A stretch of 64,000 nucleotides of DNA, taken from the NCBI GenBank assembly GCA_963693365.1, contig CAVNZM010000004.1:6606593-6670592 (forward strand), written 5' to 3'. The number at the start of each line of letters is the position of its first letter. The stretch's first letter is position 1. Under the pieces are notes generated by a model. That model had not been told where the DNA came from. It ran no database searches and worked only from the letters and a program-made list of their open reading frames with translations. Of the stretch, positions 30,906 through 44,624 are shown piece by piece. The stretch is from Amoebidium appalachense. Lineage: Eukaryota; Protista; Ichthyosporea. Both the position numbers and the translations under genes were made by a program.

Positions 30906-30952
30906 TACACAAACACTGTGACACACACACGCGCGCGCACACGTACACACAC

Positions 30953-31003
<51 letters not shown>

Positions 31004-31102
31004 GGACGCCGCACACACACACAAACCATCCCACATGCCATCTTACACACGCAACCATCCATCCCCCGACCCCCACACACACACACCAACACACACACCA
31101 CA

Positions 31103-31209
<107 letters not shown>

Positions 31210-31383
31210 TAGGAGCCACACCATTAACTTTCGATTATTTATTTTGACCTTCACCGGTGGATGTAGAAGCAGACATGTACGCACACACGCACACATATTC
31301 ACACACACACACACACACACACACGCGCGCGCGCGCGGACACACAGACAGACAGACACACACACATACACACACACACGCGCG

Positions 31384-31416
<33 letters not shown>

Positions 31417-31425
31417 CCACACCCA

Positions 31426-31462
<37 letters not shown>

Positions 31463-31657
31463 CCAATGGTAGCACGTCTTGACAGAGCTCCATTAGGAGG
31501 AAACTTGACTAGAGTCGTTTAAATTTTATGTAGCTCTGTTCCAATCGAACTCAAATGCCAAACTTTCACAAATCCTATCCATTCAAATCGGCGCCGTTAC
31601 ACAGAAATAACTTTCCTATTTTTTTCAGTTGTTTTATAAAGACTTTTTGTTTTTTTT

Positions 31658-31767
31658 GCACGCCAAAACTTCCCGCCCAAATTTCTATATTTGGCTAATC
31701 GGTGCGATCGCTTGCAAATCATTAGTCCATACAATCATATTTTGAGATTGCAATATTCCTACTTTTT
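31658..31767 (+). repeat. ~110-bp dispersed repeat (second copy 40473-40580)
   Basis: GC(A/G)CGCCAAAACTTCCCG(C/T)CCAAATTTCTATATTTG.CTAATC...TTTGAGATTGC.ATATTCCTAC is shared in direct orientation. Confidence 0.8.
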
Positions 31768-32712
31768 TACTTGTTTGATAAATCGCAGTCTGTAATAAGG
31801 ACTCCATGGCCACACAACTTTCATTATCCCCCCCCCCTCCCCCCCCCCCCCCCCACCCCACCCCACCCCGCGGCCCACCCACCCACCCACCACCACCACC
31901 ACCACCATCTCAACCCCCTCCCCCCCCCCCCCCCCCCCCCCCCCCCTTCCTCTCCTTCCCCCTTCCCCCCCCCCCCCCCCCCCCCCCTCCTTTCCTCCCT
32001 CCCTCCCTCCCCCCCTTTCTCCGCCGTCAAAAAAAAAGAAAAGAAACAAGGAAGAAAATAAAGAAAATGGAAAATGGAAAGAAATGAAGGTGTGCTTTAC
32101 CCTATAAACGTTACACGTTTCACAAATCAATCTCATTGGGTAGGCGCCTATTACAGATCAAACCGTTTTCGAACAGAAAACAGCCAAGCAGTAAGAGGGT
32201 AGCACCCCTCCCTCCTCCCCCCCACCCCGACACCACAAAACAAAATTGCCAACAAAAAATGAAAGAATGAGATAAAACAAAAATGAGTGCACACGACAAT
32301 GATTCAGTCAAAAATGTCCATTTGGTACCTATCACCGTCAATGGTACCCAGCACTTCCCTCACCCCCATATCCACGTTACGGCTTCCAAAGATGTACACA
32401 TTGTCACCCTGTGCCAAAATGCCCTGAACCATCGTGTGCGACGATGATTCCACCCTGTACATGACCCTTCACCTCTCTGATTTTTACGCGATTGTAACAG
32501 TTTGGGGTTGGATTTATGTTTTGGCGGGAATAGGATACCGTGTATGTGGTGAGTACGCCTGGGGCCTGATTTTAAGAATTTTGGTGATTTCGGTGCGAAA
32601 GGGTTCTTCGACTGGGGAGCGACAACCGGTTAGAGTACCAGCTTTGCTTTAGTAGAGATTAATAGTAAGACACTGGATGTGGTATTAAACATACACACAA
32701 CACCGTAACACC

Positions 32713-32931
<219 letters not shown>

Positions 32932-32942
32932 GCGCGCGCGCG

Positions 32943-32976
<34 letters not shown>

Positions 32977-33270
32977 CACACCACACCACACATTCCACCA
33001 CTTTAGACGAACCAATGAGAGTCCGGTTTTTAAGTTTATTCGTAGGTCTTGAGTGGAGGGGAAGCCTGGTGCTACCCACCGGCGTGGCTGAGGTGAATGC
33101 CTTGGGCTAAGTGTGTGCAAATAGTTAGGATTGTTTAAGGGTGTGTTAGCTTAGCTAATAATACCGTAGCACCCTAGCTAGATACTGTCGGTGCTGGGTG
33201 GAAGACGGTGCGGTAGTTCCCCTTGAGGCCCCCAAGGGGTCCCTCCGGGAACAAAACGGGATAAAAAAAA

Positions 33271-33370
<100 letters not shown>

Positions 33371-33443
33371 ACACGTGCACACATGAAACACACCACACGT
33401 GCACAAACGGAACACACCACACAAAAAACGAACACGCAACACA

Positions 33444-33487
<44 letters not shown>

Positions 33488-33814
33488 CAGACACGTGCAC
33501 ACATGAAACACACCACACAACGTGCACAAATGGACACGCCACACAAAAAACGAACACGCAACACACAAACACAAACACACACAATGACAGCACACAACAT
33601 TTACTGCAGCAACGCAACAACCCGCCCACAAGCACGCACACTCACGTAGACAGGCAGGAAGCACATACAGTCCCCCCTCCCCCCTCCCCCCCCTCCCCCC
33701 TCCCCCAACCCCAACCCCACCTCACCCCACCCCCCCACCTCGGTTTCCGCTCTCCGCTCTCCCCCCACCCAACACCGTTTTCTGCGGATCGACACTTAGT
33801 GACCCACCACGCAC

Positions 33815-34237
33815 TGTAAACATGGTTGTGTATATTGTTGGACAGACTACGGGAGTCGCGCCCTGTAGTTAGTCGCGCTTACTGACCAATCAAAATGGTT
33901 GGTCGGGAAGCAGCGGCGTTGTCCCGCAATCGCACGGCGAACTGTCCCATATAAAAGGCGGCAGTATCAGCCAGATCCAATCAGTTGGGAACATGCCTGG
34001 ACTCGAATCGATGAGTGCCGAGGATAAGATCCCATCTCAAGATGGGGTTTACGCTGTTTACTCGAGGCAAAGAGAACCAGTCTCAGGTATGGGGGGGGGG
34101 TTTTGCTCGGAATATCCCCTCAGCGGTATATCATGATCACGTACATAGATGTCGGGTGGTGACTATATATCAGGGTTTACTTTCTCTACGAGACACCATA
34201 AAGACTACAAGGAGAAATCAATTAGTTGGGGTTCCCC

Positions 34238-34283
<46 letters not shown>

Positions 34284-34315
34284 GGGCTCCCCTCGGGACA
34301 CTCGGTATCAGCTGG

Positions 34316-34362
<47 letters not shown>

Positions 34363-35752
34363 TGCGCTATAATTTTGTAGTGATGTGTTTCTCAAGCCAA
34401 TCAATACATCTAATAAACAGGTCGTAGTTACGCGTGTTTAGTATAAAATCAAGGATGTTGTAATTTACAGGTAGGCTATCTTTCTGGGTGTCTGTTGTGA
34501 ATGTGACGTGTGTGTGTTGCGGTATTATGTGGTCTATCAAACTACATTTGGCGATACATGACCGGTTAAACTGGTGTGTGTGTGTGTTGTTTGGGCATGC
34601 AAATGATGCCACCTTATACTTATTAGATCTCCACTGTATAGCACGTGTACAGTAAAAGCGTGGTAATTGATCAATAATACCATCAGCTAGAGAAAGACCA
34701 GTTCTACAGGAAGGTAATATGTATTTAGGTGTTATACATTTGCGAGTGCCATATTTGGCAATATGGTTGAGGCGGTCAGTATATATAAAACGAGACATAA
34801 GGCTTAGTTTTTCAAGGTGTATGCTTTCATCGGGTCTAGTGTCGTGTGGTATCTTTTTCCATTTGTTATATTGCGTGATTATCTTGTGATTGTGTACATG
34901 TTTAATAAGTAAGTGGCAGTCCAAAGTCACACACACACTATTGCGGGGTTTATTTGTATTTGTGCCCAGGGGAGAAGGGGAGAGAGAGGGGAGGAAAGAG
35001 GGGAGAGGTGAGGAGGGGACAGGTCGGATAGAGAAGAGAGGGTGGGAGGGCAAATACTTCTTTAAGCGGCTTATGTGCTTATTGAATTTCAGCGCGAGAT
35101 AGGATACTCTAGCAGCTATTGGGACCAGACCATATATCGAGAGCGTTACAGGCCCAGGTTTACAACAGTTGTTAGATAGAAAGGAGGCAACTTCTGCTTC
35201 AAGGAAATTTGCCAAGGGTTTAAGCGCTCTAGTTCTCTCTTTCTTGATCCAAGCGGCCGATCAGATCCCATACTGTAAAAGCAATCTGCGCTGCCGCTAT
35301 GATACACAACCAAATTTACATTGGCGACCGCGGCAGGACCCAAGGGGGCTGTTGGTCGGAGGGCCACGCCTGTATAACTTTGGGTGGAGCCGTTCGCGGG
35401 CTGCTACGACCTTGCCGGTGGGGTGTACATAGCGCGCGACTCCCCAACGGGAGGGGAGATGTAAACATGGTTGTGTATATTGTTGGACAGACTACGGGAG
35501 TCGCGCCCTGTAGTTAGTCGCGCTTACTGACCAATCAAAATGGTTGGTCGGGAAGCAGCGGCGTTGTCCCACAATCGCACGGCGAACTGTCCCATATAAA
35601 AGGCGGCAGTATCAGCCAGATCCAATCAGTTGGGAACATGTCCTGGACTCGAATCGATGAGTGCCGAGGATAAGATCCCATCTCAAGATTGATCAGATCC
35701 CATACTGTAAAAGCAATCTGCGCTGCCGCTATGATACACAACCAAATTTACA
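33815..35752 (+). mobile_element. TRIM (terminal-repeat retrotransposon in miniature) with interrupted 5' LTR
   Basis: 3' LTR 35460-35752 (TGTAAACA...AAATTTACA). 5' LTR split into 33815-34043 and 35259-35320. PBS TGGCGACCGCGGCAGGAC at 35322-35339, PPT GGGAGGGGAGA just before 35460, and a 4-bp TSD GCAC on both sides. Confidence 0.92.
34239..35215 (-). mobile_element. 5'-truncated non-LTR retrotransposon (LINE-like) fragment nested in the TRIM LTR
   Basis: The 282-aa minus ORF (34367-35215) contains LPRFYCTRAIQWR...ACP...FNRSCIAKC...ILDFILN, resembling the post-RT C-terminal region of non-LTR ORF2 proteins. A poly(A) tract follows on the same strand (T-run 34239-34279). The segment is absent from the 3' LTR. 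Confidence 0.55.
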
Positions 35753-35928
35753 GCACGCAATCGCGGACATTAAAACACATGCAATGCCACGTGCGGTACT
35801 CTAAGCACGTGTGTGCTTGTCACTTAGGTACCACACCGATTGTGGTCCCCGTTTCACACGCACACAAACACACACACACACGCACGCACACACACCACAA
35901 AAAAGTGTAAACCGAAACATAAAACCCC

Positions 35929-35977
<49 letters not shown>

Positions 35978-36280
35978 TTCCCCCGCACTCACCCACACAC
36001 ACACACACCACCACCACCAAAAAAAAAAAAAAAAAAAAAAAAGGAAAAGGACTCAAAAGAAAAAGGAAAAAAAAAAAGAGAGAAAAAAGGCAACAACAAC
36101 GAAATTGTTGAAGTCAAATACATGGCCGAGCATGTGCATGTGTCTGCATCAGTATCCACAGCTTAGTATCCCCCCCCCCCCCCCCCCCCCCCCTCCCCCC
36201 ATCCTTCCCCGCCCTCCCCCCCCCTCGTGCCCCCCTCCCCCCCCCCAAAAAGAATAAAAAAAGAAAAACAGGACAAGGAG

Positions 36281-36321
<41 letters not shown>

Positions 36322-37109
36322 GAAAACAGCAGCTCACGGTGCCCTTAATGCCCCCCTCCCCGCCCCCCCCCCCCCCCCCCCCCCCCCCCTTCCCAGGACC
36401 CGGCCCCCGAGGCCCACCTTCCCTCCCTCCCCCCTCTCCTCGCCCCCTTCCCCTCCCCTCCGTCCCCCTACGTGTCACTCCATCATTCACACCTACCCAC
36501 CCACCCACCCACACATGTAGACAAACACACACACAGCATCACCTGTACAGCTGTACATGTATTATGATGGGTGGCTCACGTGCACACACGGTAAACATGC
36601 ATTTGCACATGCATGATAATAAATATCATGACATGCTCAGGCTTCAGACGTCGTCTGGCCATGGGCCGCACGTTTAATACCATATGCATGCTCTTATCAA
36701 AAAATAATAATGAGTGCCATAGCCAGATGACGCGGGCAGCTCGTGCCCCACTTCGAATGCCCTGACGCATACCAAAAACCCCGAATTAGGCAGGTGGCTT
36801 CCTGGAAATGAATGAAGGTTGGCCAATCGAAGCAAGTCTACCTGGAGCCATACAGCCACAGTGACTGTCACATGTTGGCGTACGTATACCGTATGCATGA
36901 TCTCGATGTGTACATACACACACATGATCAGATCCAGTTGGTTTGCGGCCAAAAAAATGCTCACAGGTTCATGGCATATGGCTTCTTCCGTAGTTAGTTT
37001 TGCGCGAAATCCTATATATATATATCTCCTTTGCGCCGGAGTTGGGTGGATGCTCCAAGCATACACGCACACAGTACATACAGAGCGGCCTGAGTTGCCA
37101 GTCGATCGA

Positions 37110-37459
37110 AGTCTGGAACGCCACAATACTAAGCACTAGCATTCCTATTGGCTGTGAACTTTGACCAATCGATTAATTTCACCAAAATCATCAATAGTGT
37201 TTCATGAACCAATGAGCTGAAAGGAGGGCTCCCATCAACCCATATTTGGAAGGTGGGCTGACACACTTAGAATTGATTGGCTTCGCCTTTCGACCTATTT
37301 GATTGGCCGGCTTGCTGAAATCCTGAGCCACCCGAGAGTATATAAACACGGAGCCCCGCTAACCATACCTCAGTCAGTTAGCTAACTTCAACAGCTCTGA
37401 TCGATTAGTGTATAGTTTGATATCTGCACTTAGCAATACCATTAAAACAACACGCAGAA
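37110..37459 (+). promoter_or_regulatory. TATA plus multiple-CCAAT promoter of sugar porter B
   Basis: TATATAAA at 37339-37346; CCAAT/ATTGG boxes are conserved with the copy A promoter despite surrounding divergence. Confidence 0.65.
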
Positions 37460-39199
37460 ATGGATTCGCATGTTGACGAGAAGTACAAGGGCGGGCAGGC
37501 GGCCGACCATGGCGTGCTCAATGTCGACTCTGCCGTGGGCAAGGTGGCCAGCCAGCCCCTCGACCGCACACGGCCTGTCAAGACGTTTGTGATTGTGGTG
37601 GCCATCATGGCGGCCTTTGGCGGTCTTCTCTTTGGCTACGACATTGGTGGCTCCGGCGGCACGCTGGTCATGCCGTCCTTCCGCAAGCACTTTGGCTGGC
37701 CCCCAGCAGTGTGCTGCCCAGCCGGCCCCGTCCCCACCAGCGACCTCGACTACTGCATGCGGTTTGGCTGCGCCGAGACGGAGGTCGACTGCATTGCTAA
37801 CGGCACGGTGTACAACGGCAAGGTGCTCACGCAGTGTGTGGAGGACGCGTGGGAGTACAACCCAGCGTGGGTGTCTGACCAGCAGGGCTGGATCTCTTTC
37901 CTCTTCACCATCGGTTGCTTCTGTGGTGCCCTGACCTCCGGCACACAGACGGACTACCTGGGCCGCAAGAAGACACTCATGCTCAACGACATCATCTTCA
38001 TTGTGGGCGTGGTCATGCAGATCTTCCCCCCCACCATGGGTGTCATGTACGCCGGCCGGTTCATTGGCGGTGTTGCTATTGGTACGCTCAGCATGGCCGT
38101 GACCATGTATCAATCCGAGATGGCCCCCGAGCACGTGCGTGGTGTGCTGGTGACGCTGCAGCAGCTGTGCATCACCTTCGGCATCCTGCTGGCCGCCGCA
38201 GCCAACGTCGGGCTCAAGCACTGGACGCCCGGCTGGCGGCTGTCGTACGGCGGCAACATCTTCTTTGCCATCATCATGGTGTGTGCCATGTTCCTGCTGC
38301 CCGAGTCCCCCCGCTGGCTGGTGCAGAAGGGCCGCTACGACGAGGCGCGCACGTGTCTGCAGCGGGTGCGGCACAGCGACGAGGTCGAGGCCGAGCTGGC
38401 AAACATCACGGCCTGCGTGGAGGCCGACGCGGCCATTGGCGAGGGCTCGTGGGCCGACACGTTCAGCAGCCGCAACAACATGCGCTACCGCACAATGGTC
38501 GGCGCCCTGCTGCAGTTCTTCCAGCAGCTGACCGGCATCAACGCCATCATGTTCTTTGCCCCCGACATCTTTGCCACCTTCTTCAGCGAGACCGGCGCGC
38601 TGTGGGCCAACCTTGCACTCACCACGTTCAACTTCCTGGCCACGTTCATCTGCATCTACCTGGTCGAGCGCAGCGGCCGCGTCACCCTGCTGGTCACCGG
38701 AGGCATTATGCAGTTTGTCGGCACGGCCGGCTGTGCAATGATGGCGTCGCCGCTGTTTGACTACAAGACAAACGAGACCGTGGGCATCTTTGTGATTGTC
38801 TTTGCCGTCATCTTTGTGTGCGGCTTTGCCTACAGCTGGGGCCCGGTGGTGTGGGTGCTGTGCTCCGAGATCTTCCCCCAGAACCTCCGCGGCAAGGGCA
38901 TGAGCGTGTCGACGGCCACCAACTGGGCCATGGCCGCTGTGGTGGGCAAGGTCACGCCGTACCTGTACCGGCCCAGCGTGTTCAACCTGTGGGGCACGTT
39001 TGTGTTCTTCTCGTGCTTCATTGCCACAATGACCCTGTTTGTCTACACCTGTGTGCCCGAGACGGCAGGTGTGGCCCTCGAAGACACCGACACGCTGTTT
39101 GACGAGTTCATGGTCGGCTTTGAGCGCAAGCCCACATCCGTCAACCGCAAGAAGGAGCAGGGTCCTAATAATATCGTAATAGAGAGTGTTAGGCATTGA
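37460..39199 (+). CDS. MFS sugar porter family hexose transporter, copy B (intronless, 579 aa)
   Basis: Same motifs as copy A. Differs by four residues plus a 13-aa C-terminal extension (CAG where A has TAG). Confidence 0.97.
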   Translation: MDSHVDEKYKGGQAADHGVLNVDSAVGKVASQPLDRTRPVKTFVIVVAIMAAFGGLLFGYDIGGSGGTLVMPSFRKHFGWPPAVCCPAGPVPTSDLDYCMRFGCAETEVDCIANGTVYNGKVLTQCVEDAWEYNPAWVSDQQGWISFLFTIGCFCGALTSGTQTDYLGRKKTLMLNDIIFIVGVVMQIFPPTMGVMYAGRFIGGVAIGTLSMAVTMYQSEMAPEHVRGVLVTLQQLCITFGILLAAAANVGLKHWTPGWRLSYGGNIFFAIIMVCAMFLLPESPRWLVQKGRYDEARTCLQRVRHSDEVEAELANITACVEADAAIGEGSWADTFSSRNNMRYRTMVGALLQFFQQLTGINAIMFFAPDIFATFFSETGALWANLALTTFNFLATFICIYLVERSGRVTLLVTGGIMQFVGTAGCAMMASPLFDYKTNETVGIFVIVFAVIFVCGFAYSWGPVVWVLCSEIFPQNLRGKGMSVSTATNWAMAAVVGKVTPYLYRPSVFNLWGTFVFFSCFIATMTLFVYTCVPETAGVALEDTDTLFDEFMVGFERKPTSVNRKKEQGPNNIVIESVRH

Positions 39200-39842
39200 A
39201 ATTTAAAGCATGTTTCGCTGATGGCGCCGGCTTTATTAGCGCAGAAGGTACTAATGGCATGTAGTGAGTGCTCAATATGCACCATGGCATGGGATTTGAA
39301 GAATTTACCTTTTTTTATTAGTGCTATAGCTACAATAACAAGGTGGGCAGGCGCGTGTTGAAAAATCAATATGGACGTTATTCAACGGGAAGAGATCTGT
39401 TGGTACACAAGCGAAAAATTCAGAGTTTGAATCATCAATATGCAAGAACAAGCTGTTTGTAACAGCTGTGCAATAAATTCAATTAAACAAGCTGACAATG
39501 ATGTCACGGTATTGCCCTCTTTCTGCCACATTCACGGTGCACCGTGTTGTGTGTGTGGGGCCCAAACTGTGCAACATTACATCGCACAACCACAATTGCG
39601 CACGCGTCAACTTGATTAATGTAAATTGGCCGATGGTTATTCTTTCTTTCGTCTTTTATCCGTGAATAGTGAGGTTGTGGCTGGCGACACCAACTGTAGC
39701 TGAGTAGACTAAAAGCTACCCCCCCCCCCCCCCTCCCCCCCTTCCCTCCCCCCTTCCTTCTTGCCCTTTTCGATCAGCTCCATTTTGTTTTTTAACGGAT
39801 TGCATAGTACACGGGCAGGTGGCAAGCAAACGTATGTACACA

Positions 39843-40160
<318 letters not shown>

Positions 40161-40174
40161 CCCACACACCCACA

Positions 40175-40225
<51 letters not shown>

Positions 40226-40227
40226 CC

Positions 40228-40281
<54 letters not shown>

Positions 40282-40296
40282 GTGACACACACCGTG

Positions 40297-40329
<33 letters not shown>

Positions 40330-40472
40330 AAAAAAAACTAAAAAAAAACTGTGCCACCCACACACACATATTTAGCGGGGTCATTTCACAATCCCTCTGT
40401 GATTAATCTTGCGAATAAATTATAGCATACATATTCCTACTTTTTTTTGGTTCTAATTTTTTTTTTTTTTTT

Positions 40473-40580
40473 GCGCGCCAAAACTTCCCGTCCAAATTTC
40501 TATATTTGTCTAATCAGTCAGATCGCGCGCGATTTATTGGTTCACGCGATTTTTATTTGAGATTGCGATATTCCTACATT
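40473..40580 (+). repeat. ~110-bp dispersed repeat (first copy 31658-31767)
   Basis: Direct-orientation homology to 31658-31767. Confidence 0.8.
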
Positions 40581-42078
40581 TTTTTTTTTTTCTTCAGTTT
40601 TGTATTGATGTACGGCACTGCAAATTTCGTAATGCCATCCACAGGCCTAGCAAATGTACACCCTGTTCCGGTGCGGGGATGTTTAGCTGCATGCAGTCTG
40701 CTCACGGGGTTACTCCCCCAAGATATCCTCTGCATATGCAGCTTCCTTTCGTTCAAGGCAAATCACTCCCAACGGATACAAGTTGTACTCCAGTTAGCAG
40801 CTTTGTCTTTGTCCTAGGCCTTCCTGTCTGGGCTTCCACCAAAATGGCACAGTGGTGTGTGTTGATGTATGATTTCAGCACGGGGGATGGGGGGGGGGGG
40901 GGGGGAGGGGGAGGGGGGGGGGAGGGGGGGGAGGGGTGGTTTGCGACATGTGCACCCTTACGGTCTGTCTGGTGTTTCGCCGTATGTGTGCTCAAAAAAA
41001 ACGCCGGGGGGAGCAGTCCTTCCAGGCCACTCGTTTCCCCAAAACATAGACCTTAAAGGGGGCTTCTTTTAGCTTCCGGGTCGGGTCGGGTCAGAGGGAT
41101 TTCTAGCTATGCACATGTGATTGGCGTGCTGCGCATCAGCTGCGCACCGGTACCATCGTTTGGCCGGAAGCATGTTACAGATGCGCCAAAATACAACAAA
41201 AAGAAAACCGAAAAGAGAGAAGAAAGAAGGAAAGAAGGGGAAAATATATAATAACCAAGCGTCAGGAAGAAGATTGCAGCTCCAGATTTTGATTTATGTG
41301 CTGAGAAATTGGCTTGACCCGGATGTGCTGGAATGGGGACAATTAATCGGCGTAAAAGAAACCCCCTTTGAGGCAAACCAAATTTATGCATGTGCATCTG
41401 ATTCATGCACATGCACATTCTGGGAGCTCGAGGATGAGGGGGAGGGGGGGGGGGGGGGGGGGGGGGGGGTTGCGAGGGACTTAAACCCAAGATGCAATCG
41501 CACTCGCACAGATATTATTGCTCATGATCAAAGTACCGGTCATTTATTACAGCATCAAAACGGGCCTGAATCTCAATGCAGAGTACAAGGCAAGTGTGCA
41601 AAACTCTGCTACTTATATTAGAACACGGCCTCATTAAGCCAAACAATAAACGATTGACCACGAGGATATTGATTATCTCTTTTTTTGTATATGCTAAGTT
41701 ATGAAGGAGACAGATTTAATGCCTTCCTGTGAAAAAGTATGCTCTTTGCAACGTCTCACTCCAAATCACAACCCACACATGCACAGACGTGGGCTTCAAA
41801 CACTTCTGCGTAACTGAGTCTCCCTATGGTTTTCAATGCAGGGTAGGCTATCTATATATCAATACCAGAATCCCGGCTGCTAATGCTAATTGGTCAATTA
41901 ACTCAGTACCACTTGAATTTTATTCGGGCACAGAAAGTCCCGTTTAAGATTAATCCATCTAAGTTAGTATCTTCTCCCATCGAGAGTTCAACTCCCTCTT
42001 CAACTTCAGAGGCCCGGACAGGAAAACCGGAGGGGAAGGCAGGAAGGGAGGAGGAGGAGGAGGAGGAGGAGGAGGATG

Positions 42079-42110
<32 letters not shown>

Positions 42111-42253
42111 GGCAGAGGGGAGCCACAAGTTCTAATTTCTATAAATGACAATACTCTTAATACACTGAGCTACTGCAAAAAAGCCCATTGCCCGGGCTAC
42201 CCAACCAGCCAAACAAATGCTACTACACACAAATTACATGTGCACGACCGCTC

Positions 42254-44593
42254 TCAAACATCCTCTCTCCCCACCCCTTCCCCCTCCAATCCCTCCGACT
42301 CACCACCCCCCTCACCCGAAGGTGAATCCCCCTCTGCATCCTCTCCCCCCGGACCGTCTCCCCCCGGGCCCTCATCTTCACTCTCACTGTCATCCACCAC
42401 AATGTATCCCGAGTAATCAGAGTCGTCATCCGACGGTGAAATTTGCTTTGTCGCAGGGGGGTCTGATGGTACAGGGGGCCGTTCAAGCGCACTGAGGAGA
42501 CGGTCAATCTCTTCGAGAGTGGCCAGCCCCTTCGACATGATCTCGATAGAGCGGGGTTTTATGTGCATGGGCACGCGTGGGAAATCGGGGTTTATTCTGA
42601 TCAAAGTTGTGCTCGGCCCACATTTGGCAACAATCCGCTCCGTCATGTGACGTATGGAGGGGACACGATTTCCGCATCCAATCTCCAAAACGACTAATCG
42701 GATCTCACGGGAACGGCACAACGACACAACGGCGCTTTCCCATTGGGCAAAAACTCGGTTGTCATGGCGATTATCCACCCAATCACAGTCCTCGAAAAAG
42801 AGGACAGCTGGGCGCGCTCGGTATCCGCAAACAGGGCAGCTGTGTGTGTGCGTGTGTGCGTGTGTGCGTGTGTGTGTGTGTCGTGTATGTGTACGTGTGT
42901 GTGCATGTCTGTGTGTAGGGGCTGGAGGGGGCGGGGGTGCATGCGCCTCAAAAAGGCATGGGGAAGGGGGGAGAAGGGGGGGGGGGGGGAGGGGGAAAGC
43001 AGTATTCATTAGAGGGCGGTGCATTCATGAGAAGGCATCAAATCAATTGGAAGACATTGAACACAGCCCATTGGGGAGCAAGAAAAGTGCAAGACACGCT
43101 TCAACCAGCAGGACGGAGAGAGGAGGAGGAGGAGGGGGGGTTTATAACGATCATGCGCAAGCACATGTGAGCCAAGATAGATTTGCGGTCAAAAGATTTA
43201 TCAACTCCCCCCCCCCCCCCCCCCCCCCCCATTCGCCCCCCCTCCCCCAAACAAATCCCAGTATGAAAAGAAACACATTACGAACATGCGCGTGCTTAAT
43301 GTAAACTTGTTTTGTTACCCATCCAAAATGACCAATAGAATGACTCATAGCATGTATTATGACTATTTACTCCCCTCCCCCCCCCCTCCCCCCATCCCCC
43401 TCCCCTTTTCCCCACCCACCACTCCCAACACCACAGCATGTTCAAGGACACATGCCCACACACATTCTACCCACACCCTTACCACCCAGCAAAGAAAATA
43501 GAATAGAATAAAAATTAAGTAAATAAATAAATAGATAAAATAAAACAGAAATAAAAAACAAAGACAGACCTTTGCTATGACACACTTCGTCCATTCCCTT
43601 CGGAATCTCCACACCCCACGTACACATATGAACACAAACACACATCACACCCCCCCCCCCCCCCCCCCCCTCCTCCTCCCCTCATCACTACCACCGACAC
43701 CACCGCCACTAACCAGAAACCAACACACAGAAACCACAGTCACAGGCATTCATTCAACCCCCCCCCCCCCCCCCCCCCCCCTCCCCCTCCCCCAACGCCC
43801 GAAAAAACACATGCACAACCCAAACACGCACACCCACACCTCCACCCGCTTACACCCACACCCACACAGAGACACCACACATCCACCCACCCACCCACCC
43901 ACCAACACCAACACTTACGTTGGATGGTTTGCAACCAAAAAAGGTAAACCTTTCCCGTCAGCACCCTCCCCCAGCCAATCACCCGGTCCCTTCTCCGCTC
44001 TCATAGTCTCCCTATCGACGCGAAATCGAAATTCGGAGGGGAGGCGCCATATGCGCTGACAGCACGGTCTCCCACACTGCCACGTTTCCGTATTTCCGTG
44101 TATCTCGTATATCTCCCCCCATGGAATATCCCGCCTTTGAAAAATGAGCGTCAACATTGGACGTTAGCAGGAAGAACCCCCCCGCCGGGGGTTCCGCCGC
44201 TGTTTCAGCGTGATGAAATCTCGAGTTTGGGGCTGAAAAGGCAGAGCCTCCAATTCTGTGTTGATCCCCTGGTGAATTGGAAATTTCGAGGGGGTTTTTG
44301 AGGTGCCCGATGGGGCTTTTGTTGTCCTTCTGTGAGTCTAATTTTCGTTTTTTTGCGAAGGAGGAGACGTCCACGTGTGTATCTTCCAATTGGGGTCTTT
44401 TCAAATCCGCTGAAATATGCTCAACGGGTTTGGGAGGTGCTGGCTGCAAAGATAGGGGGGGGGGGGGGGGGGGGGGTTATTTAGTCGATTCCCGACAAGA
44501 GTGTGAGAATAGCACTAAGAAAAGCACTTCAAGGCGGAAAAGCGGGAATCAAGGGAGTAAGAATCAAGCGGGCGGGCCGGGGGGAGAGGGGCA

Positions 44594-44624
<31 letters not shown>

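Noticed and set aside
37442-39196. 584-aa antisense ORF (and the 310-aa ORF at 28713-29645)
   Set aside because: Shadow ORFs of high-GC3 transporter genes.
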